DNA from: Haplodiscus bocki
Lineage: Eukaryota
Direction: 5' to 3'
DNA length: 64,000 nt
Assembly (NCBI GenBank): GCA_965655095.1
Contig: OZ296649.1
Span: forward strand, 69,130,001-69,194,000
Numbering within the stretch: position 1 is the stretch's first letter; every line of letters starts with the position of its first letter. The translations under genes and the position numbers were made by a program. The notes under the pieces are model-generated. The model saw nothing but the letters and a program-made list of their open reading frames with translations. It was not told the DNA's origin and did no database searches. Below, piece after piece: positions 28,001 through 41,368 of this stretch.

Positions 28001-29039
28001 TGGCATTAAGATTTATGATAAATAGAATATTTGTTAAAAAATCAAAATAAGAATATCAATCTTTGATTTTTGCAAACAAAAACTAGTTTTTTCGTCAAAT
28101 AATTTAGCAACTAACTCGAAAATTGCCGAAATTCAAATGCTTGCGAATTATAGAGCGACCTTTTCTGCAAATACCTCGCCTAGTGCCAACAACGCCTTGT
28201 AAAAACAGGTGTGAATTGATCACCAGGCTGTCCTTCTCGAAAAAAATCCTGATACGCTAGATCATAATTTTTTCTCGGAACTTTTTTTGCCTTTTTTACT
28301 GACTTCTCGGAATCATTAGAATAAGTACCCACACCAAATTAACCAAGATCGTTGCCGAAACAGGAGCTAGAGGTTGTCTGCTCGAAGTTCTCGTAAACTC
28401 AACGAAATCCGTAGACAGCTTAGCAGAGTAGACAGTGTTAGCTCTGAGGCGCATGAAGTCACATGTGGTGTCTTTCAGCGCTCATTGCTTGGAACTCTTA
28501 CGCTTTTGTTTCTGTTAATGTTCCAATGTTTTTCTTACGCTTGATGACGGAAAAGAAGAATATGCATTGGAAAACGGCTTCAGTATCTAGTTAGTTATCT
28601 TGTCCCAAACTTGCTTTTTCTGACGTCATCAGATAGTTTAGTAATCCAGTGTAATCGACCAAAAAGGGCCCGTTTTGAAACTTATTGGCTGGTCTTTTTG
28701 TTTTCGCGTTCTGAAAAGTTGTAATTTCGTTAACAGTGGTGTGAAATATGAACCACAGCGTTGTTTTCGGTTTTTCCATAATCTTTTGAATATGAGACTG
28801 TGGGCAGTGTATCAAGCGTCCCCAAAACGTTACATGTAAAAGTTTCGAGCTATGATAATTGTTAATTGAAAACATGATATCGCAGATAAAAAAGTTTTTA
28901 CGTTTTGTTGACAAATTTGGGTCTTTTTGGCTGTCAGTTTCCTGTTTCATTTCGATTTTCTCGAACAACCATCTGACGGACGTATGGTGTTGTAGTTGTA
29001 AAAGTATCATTTTTGTAATCGGTAAGAGTTAATTATCTC

Positions 29040-30050
29040 TCAGAGCCTTTGATATTGTCAGGATCTTTGATATCAACTGATAAGTCAAAATGTGTTGCGA
29101 ATTTGCGCTTCGCCAACATGTTAATAATCTTCCTGATGTTCGCAAACCCTCTGATCTACCTTTTTTTGCTGACGATCTGAAAATCCTAGGGAACCTGAAC
29201 AATTTCTGGACGGTAAATTGATTTCGTGGAAGCGAAAAATGAATTGAGGAAATTAAAATTCAATTGGCAATGAATGAATACCCCAAAATGACTTCTCAGA
29301 GGCGAAGACCGCCCTTTCCAACTATAGGAAAGCTGTCCGGACTAATCGAAAAGAGTGAAAGATCTTTGAATTCATGTGTCAAAGACCTCACATGGAAAGT
29401 ACATAATGAAGGGTTTCTGCAGAAAAGCTAACACAGTCCTCTATCGTCTGAGACTTAACGTTGCCGCAGTAGTCGAAACAGTCATAAAATTAGAGCTCTT
29501 CACTAGCCATTTACCCTGACTTTCCTGTTCTAAGGCTTCCCCTGTCTGTCAATTAGTCACTCGAAGCTACATCTACTAGAACTATCAAAGAGAGACGTAA
29601 AATAGTTTTCAGGAAACAGATCAGTTAGTTACACCAGTCCGCTACAATTATTGAACATACTACATCTTCCAATGTTTCTACAATTGAACGACCTGTTTTT
29701 GGCGAAATTTGGTGCAGAGGCACACGAGACTTTGACTCTGGCGATTGTTAAGACAAGCGAAGGAAGAAAAAATGTTCAGCCTTCCAAAAATGGTAATTTG
29801 AAATTCAAGATGGATTTTTGTTTTCAAGACATGCAGGACCATTAATCATGTGAAGAAATACATTGAAGTAACAAACATAGAGGTTCTGTGAAAGACTCTT
29901 TAATTTGAAGCTTTGTCGATACAAAATTTTGGAAAAGAAATTTCTGCACCTTGCAATTGTTTTGCGATTGAGGCCTATGCAGAATTAAGTGGATTCTATT
30001 TTGATATGCTTTGAGACAGAATTTTTCGACATCAGAATTTTCGACATCAA
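29040..30050 (+). mobile_element. 5'-truncated decayed LINE (RT C-terminal half)
   Basis: FADDLKI at 29165-29185, then VKDL.IHVSKDL.W, LNILHLPMFLQLND and a terminal C-x-C remnant. Confidence 0.75.
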
Positions 30051-31103
30051 CAGTTTAATGCAACATGCATTAATTGGCAGCGGACTGGACGAAATTGTGT
30101 CAGGACGATCAGATCAGGCTTCCAAGTACTGGGAACGGACCATTCTTTGAAAAGATGGGCATATTTCCTGTAAACGTGCAGTCACCCTTCATGTGTTCGT
30201 TTGTTGCTCCTAAGTAGAAATATTACAAGGCGGCCGGCCATTACAGCATATTTTCCCCTCTAGTTTTGCTAAAGATATCTTTTAGAAGATTGAATGCGTT
30301 CTTTTTTCGAAAAAGTTCTATCTTCAGCAAATTTTGATAGTTTTTGGAATTTTTTCCTGATATCTGCAAAAAACGCTCAGTTCAGGTGGAAAAGATGTTT
30401 TAAGGAAATAATATCTTTTGATACGCAATCTACGGCAAATTTGCCACTTATACCGATTTCGAAAAAATCAAGTTTTTGTCAAGGAAAGCGATCGATTTTT
30501 CAAAAAAAAATTCATAGATGTTGGAAGAATTCTCTTTTTCAGTCGCTTTTTACGGCAACTGTGCTATAATTTGGTGATAAATTTTTTCAAATTCAGTACC
30601 CTCGAACATCGAATTTTTTCACATCAGACATTATCAGTTGGCTAGTAAGGGTAAAAAACATTCGCGTTGACTGGATGATTTTTCCTTCCATGTTCGTATA
30701 TCAGCGGATAATAGAAAAAAAACTATATTCTTGGAGACAAATTATTTTTTATGGCTTTGTAGAAGTGTAGGTAAACGACTCATATTTCTGCAGTTTAACT
30801 ACTGATAGAAACAATTTAAATTAACCAGCAAAGAAGGATTCCACAAAAACTGGGTCTTACGGTGGAACTTATATTTTGGTTGTTTCTTCGGAAGTAAATA
30901 GAATTTTTTGGGCGAATGTCTATGACGGTGATTATATTGGTGCTATCGTCATGCAGTAGAATAGACCACATAACAATGGCTATGCGAAACAATGGATACT
31001 AAGTGACGCAAATTGCTGGCATTTTGAACGAAAATCTCAATGTAGTTAAAGGCGATTTCGATGTTTTTGATGTTGCCTCTGTCATGTTTGCTTGTTTCTG
31101 CAG

Positions 31104-31288
31104 TGTTAGTCCAATCATGGACGACGAGTTGTGCCCGGAATTTTCAAGTGATGCGTTGCCTTATGTTTTTCGCTGGGGAGAAGGGGGCAGAAATGTCGAG
31201 CTGGTGGGAAGTTTCAATAATTGGTCCAAGAAAATAACCCTCAACAAAAGTACAGACGATTTTGTTGCAATCGTAGACCTTCCTGAAG
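31104..31288 (+). CDS. PRKAB: AMPK beta subunit exon 2 (carbohydrate-binding module CBM48, N-terminal part)
   Basis: PYVFRWGEGGRNVELVGSFNNWSKKITLNKSTDDFVAIVDLPEG. Acceptor TTTCTGCAG, donor GTATGT. Confidence 0.95.
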
Positions 31289-31472
31289 GTATGTTCCGAA
31301 GTTGTTCTAGTTTGATTTAATTTTCAGCGGAGATTTTTAAAGCAAACGTAGAATTTGCCTATTGGGCTGAAACTCTCGTTTCAATTGTCCTGAAGTTTAA
31401 ATCAGCCAAAATTGTAAAAACCGAATTAAGACATGGCGTCTTTGATCACAAGATACGACATGCTTTTTTCAG

Positions 31473-31604
31473 GTAATCACGAATACAAGTTTTTTGTTGA
31501 CGGAGAATGGCGAAACGACCCAAATGCCCCTACTATAACAAACGTTCATGGGACTCTGAACAACATTGTGGAAGTCAAACAATCTGACTTTGACGTTTTT
31601 CAAG
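31473..31604 (+). CDS. PRKAB: AMPK beta subunit exon 3
   Basis: GNHEYKFFVDGEWRNDPNAP...GTLNNIVEVKQSDFDVFQ. Acceptor TTTTTTCAG, donor GTAAAT; phases are consistent. Confidence 0.95.
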
Positions 31605-31764
31605 GTAAATGTTCGATTAAGTTTCTTTCTGTAAGCTCTTCGGTCTGAATATATTTGAAAAGTGAAATCGCAAAAACTTATTTTTTTTCGAACAGTTAAT
31701 TACGAAACTATTTTTGTCTTAAATGACTGATTGGTTCTTGAAAATGTTTTCGTGGATGCTTCAG

Positions 31765-31898
31765 CTTTGGCAATGGATAGTAAGGAGCAACTGAGTTCCA
31801 GTCCTCCGGGCGAATATTCTCAAGAGATACCCTCGAAGCACACTTTCGACTTGGGAGTGCCCAACGCTCCTCCTTCACTGCCACCTCAACTTCTTCAG
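31765..31898 (+). CDS. PRKAB: AMPK beta subunit exon 4
   Basis: ALAMDSKEQLSSSPPGEYSQEIP...PPSLPPQLLQ. Acceptor CTTCAG, donor GTGAAA. Confidence 0.95.
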
Positions 31899-34017
31899 GT
31901 GAAAACTTTACTCAGTGTGGCTAACACCTATGATTGATTCTCTTGATGAGGATATTTGAGCGTTGAAAAAGTGCCAAAGATATTTTCAATACTTCAGTTT
32001 GTGTCCGAAACCCATGAATAACTGATCACAGTAGGCTCCTTAGATGTTTCGCCATCTTAGCAATTGTTCTTGTTTCAAATTTTCCTTATTCTTGTTTAAA
32101 ACAATTGAGGAACTTTCGGAAAGCAAATTTCGTTTTGTCTCAACGAAAACTAATTTTTGACATTATGAAGCAAATTCGTGGTGTCTCCCTTGATATACCC
32201 AACCTCGTTCACAAAATTTTTGGCGTTTGCCATTTTGACAAAATAATCAAGAACTGCGAAGTTTACCTGTATGTACCAAAGGGAAACACGATTTTCGCAA
32301 AAGTGGAACATGAATATTAGTGATACCTCATTAAAAACATACGTACCGAGGGCGCTGTGCTAGGCTCGCGACGAGAGCTTCTCAAACAAGCAAGGAAAAC
32401 GTGCCATTACCATTCCCTCAAAAGTTCGGTGCCTCAGGGCTCTGACTTAATTCTAAGGTTTTAGAATGTTATCTAAGTAGATCAATTTTGATGCTCTTTT
32501 GCTAATAACCTTCTGATCGCAACCAAAACTCAGTAGGTAAAGCATTGAAGCTCTTGCTATGGTAATAGAAACTCTGTGTAATTTTTTGACGTACCTTCCG
32601 AGAGATAGAAATAAAATTTGACAAAAAAGTATACGAAAAACCTCGTGGCAAAAGAACCCATCAGAAACTTTTCTTACGGCATCCAAAGTTTAATAGGTAA
32701 ACAATTGGAACTTCCATGTTACGCCAATGCGAAGTCTGGGCATTTTTATCCTTTAACTTCCGAAGACATGTACGGAAAATTGACAACAGAAATCAAAATA
32801 GCTGAAGTTAGCGCTTGATTGTCAAGTTTCTCTCGCTTCTCGAAGAATTTTGTGACCGCAACCAAATTGTAATAAGTAACCGAATAATGGCTCCGATAAT
32901 GCAGGTGCAAATTGTAGAATATTTTTTGGACTTGTATTCCAGTATATAAAGCAACAAAAGTTCAAAGAAGCTCGTTTTTCGAACTTTTTTCGCCGAAGAA
33001 AACCATCGAAAAACATTGACACTGAAACGAAATTCAACTATTTTATAATTTAGAGTCCTTTTGTTACGGGTATGCAATTATCAAATAATTTGAAGACCTA
33101 TGTGCTAATATAATAGAATTCAAATTGACAATTATCTTCGGACCCATTAAATGTTCGTTTTTCAAGTTTTACCGGAGAACCCGATCTAAACTTTTGGGAT
33201 CGCAACCAAAATTTAATATTTGACGAAAGAGTTGTTTCTTCATCGAACCTGTCCAAAAATGAGCGATTTGGATCCCTATATGCGGAAATTAACGACTTCT
33301 GATATGACATATACCGTCAAAGTAGCCAAACTTAGCTTGTCTTTCAAGTTTCTTTTGCAAAGAAATTTTCGGGAAAATGTCAGACCGCAACCGAAATTTA
33401 GTATGTGATAGATAAGAATCTTGTAGCTTTTTTGCAAAAGTCAAAGGAGTCCGTCAAATAGGTAAAGAAAATATTGAACTTTGAACAAGAATTTTTGATG
33501 TGAAATTGGATCGGGAAGAAAAGTTACCCTGTTTTGGTGTCTGGAAAACGCTATGTTCGCGAAAAACGCTATTTGTATGAAGGTCAACAGTACAAAAATT
33601 AACGGTAAAATTTTCTTGTGAAATTTTCATATGCAACCTCCATCGTGTCATGAAAATCTGAATCTTCCTTCCCCCTTAATGTAACGGAACTCGGTTTCCA
33701 CTAAAATGCTTTTTTAGGTAATATTATCTTTTTCTACGCATTCTTCGACAAATTTGTTTAATAAATAAATGTATCAAGTAATCACTCTAATTAAGTGATA
33801 ATTGAGCAATGAGAAAAGTATTTTCGATTTGAATTATTTTCTGCAAACAATTCGATCCGAATTAAAATCGCGTTGACCTTTCATTCAAAGTAATTTTCAA
33901 AACTATCCGATTTCAATTAATTCGATGTTTCATAGCATCCCCGTAGTCTCAGCATCTACGTTAGACTTCGCTAAGATTAAGAAATTTCTTCTTCCATTTA
34001 GCACTGTTTGTTTGCAG

Positions 34018-34194
34018 GTTATTCTGAACAAAGATATATCGGTGCAATGTGAGCCCTCGTTGCTACCTGAACCGAATCACGTCATGTTGAATCATCTTTA
34101 TGCTTTATCCATCAAAGACGGGGTTATGGTTCTTTCTGCAACACACAGATTCCATCAGAAATACGTGACCACACTGCTTTACAAACCCATTTGA
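34018..34194 (+). CDS. PRKAB: AMPK beta subunit last exon (AMPKBI/ASC domain)
   Basis: VILNKDISVQCEPSLLPEPNHVMLNHLYALSIKDGVMVLSATHRFHQKYVTTLLYKPI*. The five exons sum to 759 nt (252 aa plus stop). Confidence 0.97.
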   Translation, partial: VILNKDISVQCEPSLLPEPNHVMLNHLYALSIKDGVMVLSATHRFHQKYVTTLLYKPI

Positions 34195-34200
34195 TGGAAC

Positions 34201-34206
34201 AATAAA
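34201..34206 (+). promoter_or_regulatory. Candidate polyadenylation signal AATAAA
   Basis: Lies 6 nt after the AMPK-beta stop codon. Confidence 0.4.
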
Positions 34207-35387
34207 CCCCTCCATTGAATTCATGTTGCAACAGTACACATCCAAATTTCTGTCTTTCACACAATAATTTAAACTTTACTTAGATTGAATGTTTGTAGAA
34301 TTCCACGCTACAAGTAGTTTAGCTCTGTGTTCTGGTTCGTTGAACAATGCCTGAATTTCTTATCGTTCGATTACGAAATTTTTAAACTCAACCTCAGCGG
34401 GTGGAGACTTCAGAGAATATTTTGTTCGAGTTTTGTCGTTAAAACTGCTCTTGAATTCCATAGACGTTTTTGATTCGAGAAGAATTACTATATGGTTAGT
34501 CTATATGGGCAATTAATATTTTTGTTTTTCAACTTATCTTAATACTGATTTATGAATTTTTGAAATTATAAAAGTTTTCGTACCATTTTTCTTGTTAGAT
34601 GGCATAGAGCAAAGTTACCGTATTTCTCAGACTAGTTCTAGTAGACTTCTGCGAATTCCGAAAATATAACAATTTCTTTCCCAAATGTTTTGCACAATTT
34701 TCTGTTATGCAATGGCCAAAATTGCTTCCACTGTAGTACCCATCACAAATCTTTCATTGAGAAAGCTATCCTCGAATAGAAACACAGTTAAAGCTTGATT
34801 TAGCACAAGTCGGGGGGGGGGGGGGGGGGAGCAAAATAGTAGTGATTTTGATTAAAAGAAATCTGAGTAAAATTTGGAATTTTCGAAGCCGAGTTTCTCC
34901 ATCTGAAGATTTTACGAGACAACAGTTCAAGCAAGTTTTTGAGACGAGGGGAGTGATAGCGAGGCGACGCTTCCTTAGACCTCGACACTGGAAAATTCAG
35001 AGACAAATTTTCCCCGTTACATTTTCAAGTCGACATTTATTTATTTAAAGCTCAATATTTCTTTACCTTTTTGACGGATTTTTTCTCTGTTTTTGCAGGA
35101 ACGTTATGACAAGACAAGTCTACTGTATGCTAAATTTGGGTTGCTGTCCGATTGATTTTCGATGGTTTTTTTTGCGGAAGAACTTGACAATCGGGTTAAT
35201 TTTGGCTACTTTGATAAGTCATACTACAAGCAAGAATGTACTTTAGTCCGCGCTTTATTCTCAGCAAAGAAACAGACTGTTGTAGAGACTGTCAAAGTAT
35301 ACAGAACTCACAGAAAAATTGGTCAAATTGACGGTCTAGATGATACGAAATGTACCATTGCTTCCAAACTGTCCAAAAATTAAAATA

Positions 35388-35582
35388 GTATTAGGCTATG
35401 TTTTTTTACAATATATATGGCTCAGTGAGTGGGACAGAAGGACTCCGAAGCCACAGGTAGCGGGCTCGAACCGACATGGACTATTTTTTTACCGGAAACT
35501 TTGTAAAAATTACCCTTTTCGCGGTACCCTCGATTACCGAATCGATAAGCAAGCAGCCAGTTCTAATCCCAGCATCAGCTAT
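35388..35582 (+). repeat. Dispersed repeat built from tRNA-like units (homologous to 62344-62682)
   Basis: TAGGCTATG...TACAATATATATGGCTCAGTGAGTGGGACAGAAGGACTCC...GGGCTCGAACC and TACCGAATCGA...CCAGCATCAG align with the 62.4-kb copy. Confidence 0.65.
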
Positions 35583-37714
35583 GTTTTATCATAGCATCAT
35601 CATTTCATAATTTTAACCAATAAATATACCGAAGTAGATGTTTTATCATTCATCAAAATCAACTCCATCGTTTGAATATTTCGAGCCATACGGGCCGCAC
35701 CTACTCGGGGCATTCTTGGCTTGCTATTTGTTTTAGGGGAGCAAAGCGAAGCTTGTTGAGACGCTTGACAAAGAATTGCGTAACTGAATTTCCTGTCTCA
35801 GATTTTTAAGCTTATGATTTTCTAGTTTGTTTTGCCTAAGTACTCCTCCTTTATTGGTCCAATCAATCCTACTTTCTCCAAAAAGTTCAGGATAGTTCTG
35901 AATGACTTTATGCCAATTTTTTTTGGCTGTTGAAACTTGTCATCGTCAGAAATTGACGAAAACAGCGTGACAGCGGCTTATTTGCGTCACTCTCCGACTG
36001 TGCTTTGTTTATGAACCTTGGAAGACAATTTTTTTCCTTTTGGTCAAATGAACTTGCTTTAATTACAAATAGTCACCCAATGTTGTGTTTGACATTGTCT
36101 TAAACTTTCCGCTGCTGGAAAATTTGGCCGCTGAGGAGCAGGCGAACATGATTGAAAATGCTTTTTTTAAAGAGCAAGTCATACTTTATCCAAGTTTTAA
36201 GGGCTCATATAGCTTTGGTAGTTTATCAATGCTATCTAACCGTCAAAAGTCAAGATAAGTTCATTGGATTGTCTGTCGAAAATATCCCGACTTTTTTTGG
36301 ATTTTCGGAGTTTCAGTTTTTACGGCTCTCATCACCATTAAGGCCTTCAAATACCTTAGCGTGACTCATTCGTTATTTGCTTTTTCACCGAAGTCTGTCA
36401 TCATATGAGACGCGAAGAAAACTATCGCTGTTCGATGGCTGTGCTGTTGAAAAATTGCTGATCAAAGTTGCCTGATAATTTTGCTCTCATCGGTGTCATG
36501 GCCTGCAAATGCCTTCCTTAGTAAATTTCACTCGTTGACTCCCTGTTGGAGGTTTTCTCAATATAATTAAAGGTCAACGAAAGATAACCGATTAGTTTTC
36601 GTTTAGGGTCCAGTTGATGAAAATCAAATGTTGAATCCCATCTCATTTTTTATATAAATTGAATTGATTTTTGACGGTTTGAGTGTTCTAGGTTGCGGAG
36701 GATTCGGTCAGCAATAAAAAGAGAGCTTTTCAGTGGATAGCTCATGTTTGGGGGATATAAAAGTGATTTGGCTCAATTTGCTGCTCGATTTGTTTCGATT
36801 TAAAGGTGGCAAATTTAATTGCTTGCATTTCCCTTTATTGTTTAGTGTAGTCTTCACGGCACAGGCGAGACAGTACTGTTTCGATGAAGTTAGGGATTTT
36901 CGGGAGACTGAGTTTCCTCCATTGGTGGTTTTTACTCTAGTTGTCAAGGAAATCAAAGTTTTCGCCAAGTCTTCGCTTGATTCTCTGACGTCAGATTTTA
37001 GTAAGAAATCGCATTCACCTCCGAGAAAGCTTCCGACAGATGCACGGCTTATCTTGATCAATTCTTTGAATGTTTGCGAGCCTTGAGCAAAGCACTTTGC
37101 ACCTATGTTCCGTATAGATGAACTTAAAGAGTCATTTTTTTCGGAAGCAAAAAGTTGGCAAATGTTTGACGCGATCAGAAAACCATTATATGAACAAATT
37201 TATCGAAGTTATTCAATATTTTTCTACGGTGTCAACAACCGAAAGTTGGTGGCTGGCATTGATTGACACTAAAAAATTGTCGGTTTTGGGTTTTTGTCAT
37301 TTTCAGATGTTTTATCTAAATATTCCTTTAAGTTTTTCATAATAATTTAAAGGATCATTCAAACTATCCTTCAAATGATTCCATGTTTGTGCATCACTGA
37401 TTAGAAGTAGTTAATTTTGCATGGAGATATCGAAATCACGTATATTTTCCGCAGATTGAACTCCGTTCTATGCAATCTTGTATTTTGGTGCCCAGGCGTG
37501 TTTTTCATCCGAACCTGAAAGTTGAGCTTTGGCTGTCTCGAAGATGTTTTGCCAAGTCTTAATTCTTCATCCCCTTGAAAAGGACCTTTTTGAAGGCAGG
37601 AAAGCAGCAGCAAGACTTCAACATTTTAAATTGTACCCTTCGGTTGCTGTAAGAATATTTTTCAAGTTCGTGTCTAGTAACAAATATTTGACAATCGAGC
37701 TCTTTCGAGAATTT

Positions 37715-37945
37715 TGGGTCTTCGGAAAATTTTGGGAATTCTTACGGAGTATTTATAGTGTTACTTAGTTTTTGACCCATTTTGGGGTGACGTTTTGCGA
37801 CTTCATCCGCTACTTTGTAAGTTCGTGTGGTATTTGAAAAATATGAGGTTTTTCAATCAAAACAGAGCAAAGCTACCTGAGAGTACTCGGGGGACGATAC
37901 GGCCCATCATAGTAGCGTTGAGAGTGCGCAAATCGAAACGAAAAT
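37715..37945 (+). repeat. Dispersed repeat (other copy at 63595-63820)
   Basis: Both copies share TTCG.AAAATTTT.GGAATTC...TTACGGAGTA.TTATAGTGTTA and ATACGG.CCATCATAGTAGCG.TGAGA..GCGCAAATC. Confidence 0.8.
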
Positions 37946-39129
37946 CTTGATCACCAAGTGATGACACTTTTACCTTGGTTAGATTTAGAATATTTTGATT
38001 TTTTCCCAATTTACGGGGAATGGTATAAATGTCGAAGAGTAACCTTATTTGCCAGCAAAATCAAGAGGAAAAATATGAAATTCTCTTGATGGAGTCGTTC
38101 TTGAGAGCACTAGTAGGGGTAATGACCGGAGAAGTTGAAGTGGTTTGAAATTTCAATTCTTTCCGGGGTAGTATCCAAGCCAGGGCCTGGCCTTTCCCAA
38201 GATGTAGGAACAAAGGAAATCAGATGAAGTTTGATTATTTCGAGATTGTTCCAACTTTGGTACATCGGTTAGATAGGATATGTTAAATAGTGGGAGTGAG
38301 TCAATATTTCCCTATAAACCTCGAGAAATTTCGAATTCTTTTATGGCATTTCGTGGGAAAGCGAGTGAGGGTCAAAGGAGAAACCCTATGCTTAACTCAA
38401 AAATTTTCCGATGTCATCGGCTTTGGGCGGCTTTGTTTTGTCACATTTTAATTCTATATCTTTGACGTTAAGTCCCAAAACGGCCTTTTTTGCTGAGAAA
38501 TAGCAATGAGACTGCATGTTTTGCTACATTGTATTACAGTTTTATCATGGAGGGGTGTCACCTATTTTCTCAAAATTGTGGCGTCACAGTGCCACAACTT
38601 GGACAAGAGAGCATTGGAAAATACTTCATATTCGCGTTTTTGAAATTTTTCACTTTCAAAGCCACAATGTGGAGGTGCTGCTTTCGGAAAAAAATTGTGT
38701 TTGCGTAGAATGGGTATCTTGAAAATTTTAGAAGTTTGCGTTTTCAAAATTTTTGATATGTACAAAGGAGGTTTCAAAAATTTTCTTGTGTCAGTGCCAA
38801 AAAAACATCGCAGGGGGACCTTTGTGTGTTTGCAAAATTTGGACCCAAGAAAGCGAGGTACGAAATGATTGGAAGCAGGCAGGTCCTAGAAACCGACAGT
38901 TGCAATAATGCAACTCTATAGTGAAATTGGATCGTTCGAAGTGATCTGTATTTGCGTCCGGTTTTGCTACAGTGAAAGTTATTCAATTCTATCAAAGCGC
39001 AAAGAAGCTTCACAATTTTCTCAACCTTTCAGTTTTTATGATTTTGAGCTTCGAAACCACTCACTTTTGACTAGTTGCAAGCAGCTCTCTATTTGCCTGA
39101 AATTACCACTGTACTTGCAGAATTACGGC

Positions 39130-39300
39130 ATATTAAGCCTACTAATTTGCAATTCCATTTCAGATAGTTTTTGCTGTGTATACCGACATATAATGAGTTC
39201 TAAAAAAGACAAAACTGGCCCTTTCGTGACGGGTTTTTCCAATTGGAAAACTATTACCACAACTCTGCACAACATGCGTCCAAGGGAACGAGTCTCCAGT
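39130..39300 (+). mobile_element. hAT transposase N-terminal TTF-type zinc-finger fragment
   Basis: LLICNSISDSFCCVY...PFVTGFSNWKTITTTLH resembles WL.YS...D..FC..C...F..GF.NWK....L..H. Confidence 0.55.
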
Positions 39301-40812
39301 GGGTATTCTTTTGTTCCTAAACATGCCTGTTTAGTAAATGATCTTCATTATGGAAGATTTAGCTGTCAAATGTATCAATTCTCTGGGCGGCAAATGTTTA
39401 TCGTTCTCAGTATTCTATTTTTTAGGCATAAAGCCGACAGGCATAAGCCCTGAAAATTTTCTTCGTATCTTCCAAACTTTTTGAGCATCGATTCCTGTCA
39501 GGCCACTGAAAGTGAAGCGATTATTTCATTCGTGTTTACTTTCTTTTATTTATATTAACTATTTTCCCGAGCTTTTACGAGCGTTACTATTTATTCCGAT
39601 TTCAAGTGCATTTAGTAATTGTCTCAAGTATTATCAAATTAGTCAATTTAATTCGCATCCTATTTTCTTAAAATTATAATCCAATTTCTGCTAAATTTGC
39701 TAAACTCCATTTTTACAATTCTATTTTCTCGGTGCTTAATGCCTAGCATGTTGATACATGTTTGATGCATTTGACACTTAAGCCTATAGATTTTACTTTT
39801 TTCTGTTGTTTCTTTGCAATTCGCAAGCATCTTCGTGATTGACGGACTGGACGAGGCTGATCGGTAAAAATAACTGGAATGGTCCCTGCTTGTTATTTAC
39901 TTTAGGTCTTTTGGAGTTATTTTGGACCGATTTTCTCGAACTATAGCAAGCGTCACTGTTTACTCTTTAATTTCAAGTACTTGTGGCAGTTAGAACTCAA
40001 TTTCAAATTTGTCATCAATTCGCGTCTTGTTTTCCGCCTTTCTTTTTCTTCTGACTGGAATGAAATGTGTATTGGAAACTAACATATACATAGTTTTTTA
40101 TCCTTTCCAAAACTTGGATTTTGTGGCGTCACCAGGTAGTTTAGTCATCTAATGTAAATGGTCAAAAATGGTCTCCTTTTGGTAAGTACGATTCCGTTTT
40201 CGCGTTATTTACTTTTCAATCCTAATTGGTCAACAGAAAGGTGTAACCTGAGAAGAAACGATTGACTTATCACTTTTTTGAATATGAGAATGGGGCAGTT
40301 ATTTCTTCATTCTCGCGTTGTTTACGCGAAGTCTCCTGAACATTCGGTCGAAAAATGGCCTAACTTTAAAAACACGACTGAAATATTAATGTGAGGTGTG
40401 TAGTAGGTGTCCACAAAACGGTACATTAAAAGTTTCGATCTCTCGAAATGGTGAATTTTATTAAACAAAACATCGGAACTTTTCTCAGGCAGACACTTAC
40501 CAGCTGTCAATCGCCAAAATTGATACTGAATCACATTCTGAAATTGATGACTTTGGGTTGAGATTATCAAAGTTGTTTGTTTACACTTAGTTGATCGAAT
40601 TTATACAACTTTTATGATGTTTCACCTAAGAGGTACACGTCCTCGTATTTGAAGCCATGACTTAAGTCCTCAATTTTGAAGTAGCTTTGACGTCTTGTTG
40701 ACTAATATTAACCATTTTTGGTGCTTGACATTTTTTATATTTAACTATGTTTTGAATGGCTAGTTGGTTTCTGCGTTGTTAACAGGTTGCATAATGAAAT
40801 TAAAAAGCCATG

Positions 40813-41101
40813 TTTAACGTTTCATGTTATGCTGATGCTGAAGTACAAGACTCAAATAAGGAATTTGCCCAACAAACTTTGAACTCTTATCGATGAAAGA
40901 AATTCTTAATTAAATTTAAACTTTGAAGTTATGGGAGTCATATTTAAGATAATCATCTCCCACTATTCGATTAACAAAGAGAAAAAAATATATATATATA
41001 TATCAAAAATCTTTACCTTTAGAGAGACCACCGGTTTGCAGTATTCTGAATTAAAGTTGATTCAAACTAACCAAATCTCTCTTCTTGAGACGAGCTGTTG
41101 A
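40813..41101 (+). repeat. 5' LTR (portion alignable to the 3' LTR; may extend to ~41141)
   Basis: TAAC.TTTCATGTTATGCTGATGCTGAAG...CTTGAGA.GAGCTGTTGA aligns to 55218-55515. By eye there are about 20 substitutions plus small indels. Confidence 0.95.
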
Positions 41102-41142
41102 TTTAATCCTAACCTACGCAGCTTAATCTAGAGGCAGTAAAT

Positions 41143-41154
41143 TGATAGTAGCGC
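41143..41154 (+). promoter_or_regulatory. Possible degenerate primer-binding site (tRNA-iMet-like)
   Basis: TGATAGTAGCGC matches TGGTAGCAGAGC at 9 of 12 positions, just downstream of the 5' LTR homology. Confidence 0.3.
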
Positions 41155-41368
41155 TCTGATTGTTTTCAAAACGATTGTTTCCATTATTCAATCTGAAATC
41201 CTAGATTTTATAAGGAGCGGTTGATGACCTGAATTGATGATAATCAGCCAGTAGTTGTGATTTTTCTTTATTCTAACTTAATACCTTCTGAATCTGTATC
41301 ATTTCATTAGGCGTTCACCATTTTGACTTTTTTCGCGAATCATATCGAAGTAAACTCGTTTTGTAAAA

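Noticed and set aside
34812-34829. Poly-G run as a functional G-quadruplex
   Set aside because: An isolated homopolymer with no supporting context; its length may be a sequencing artefact.
36380-37100. Overlapping 117-aa ORFs on both strands
   Set aside because: No recognisable motif or splice support; probably chance ORFs or decayed repeat.
40805-40815. Target-site duplication and TG...CA termini of the LTR element
   Set aside because: The LTR starts are mutated (TTTAAC versus AGTAAC) and the right end appears truncated, so no TSD can be supported.
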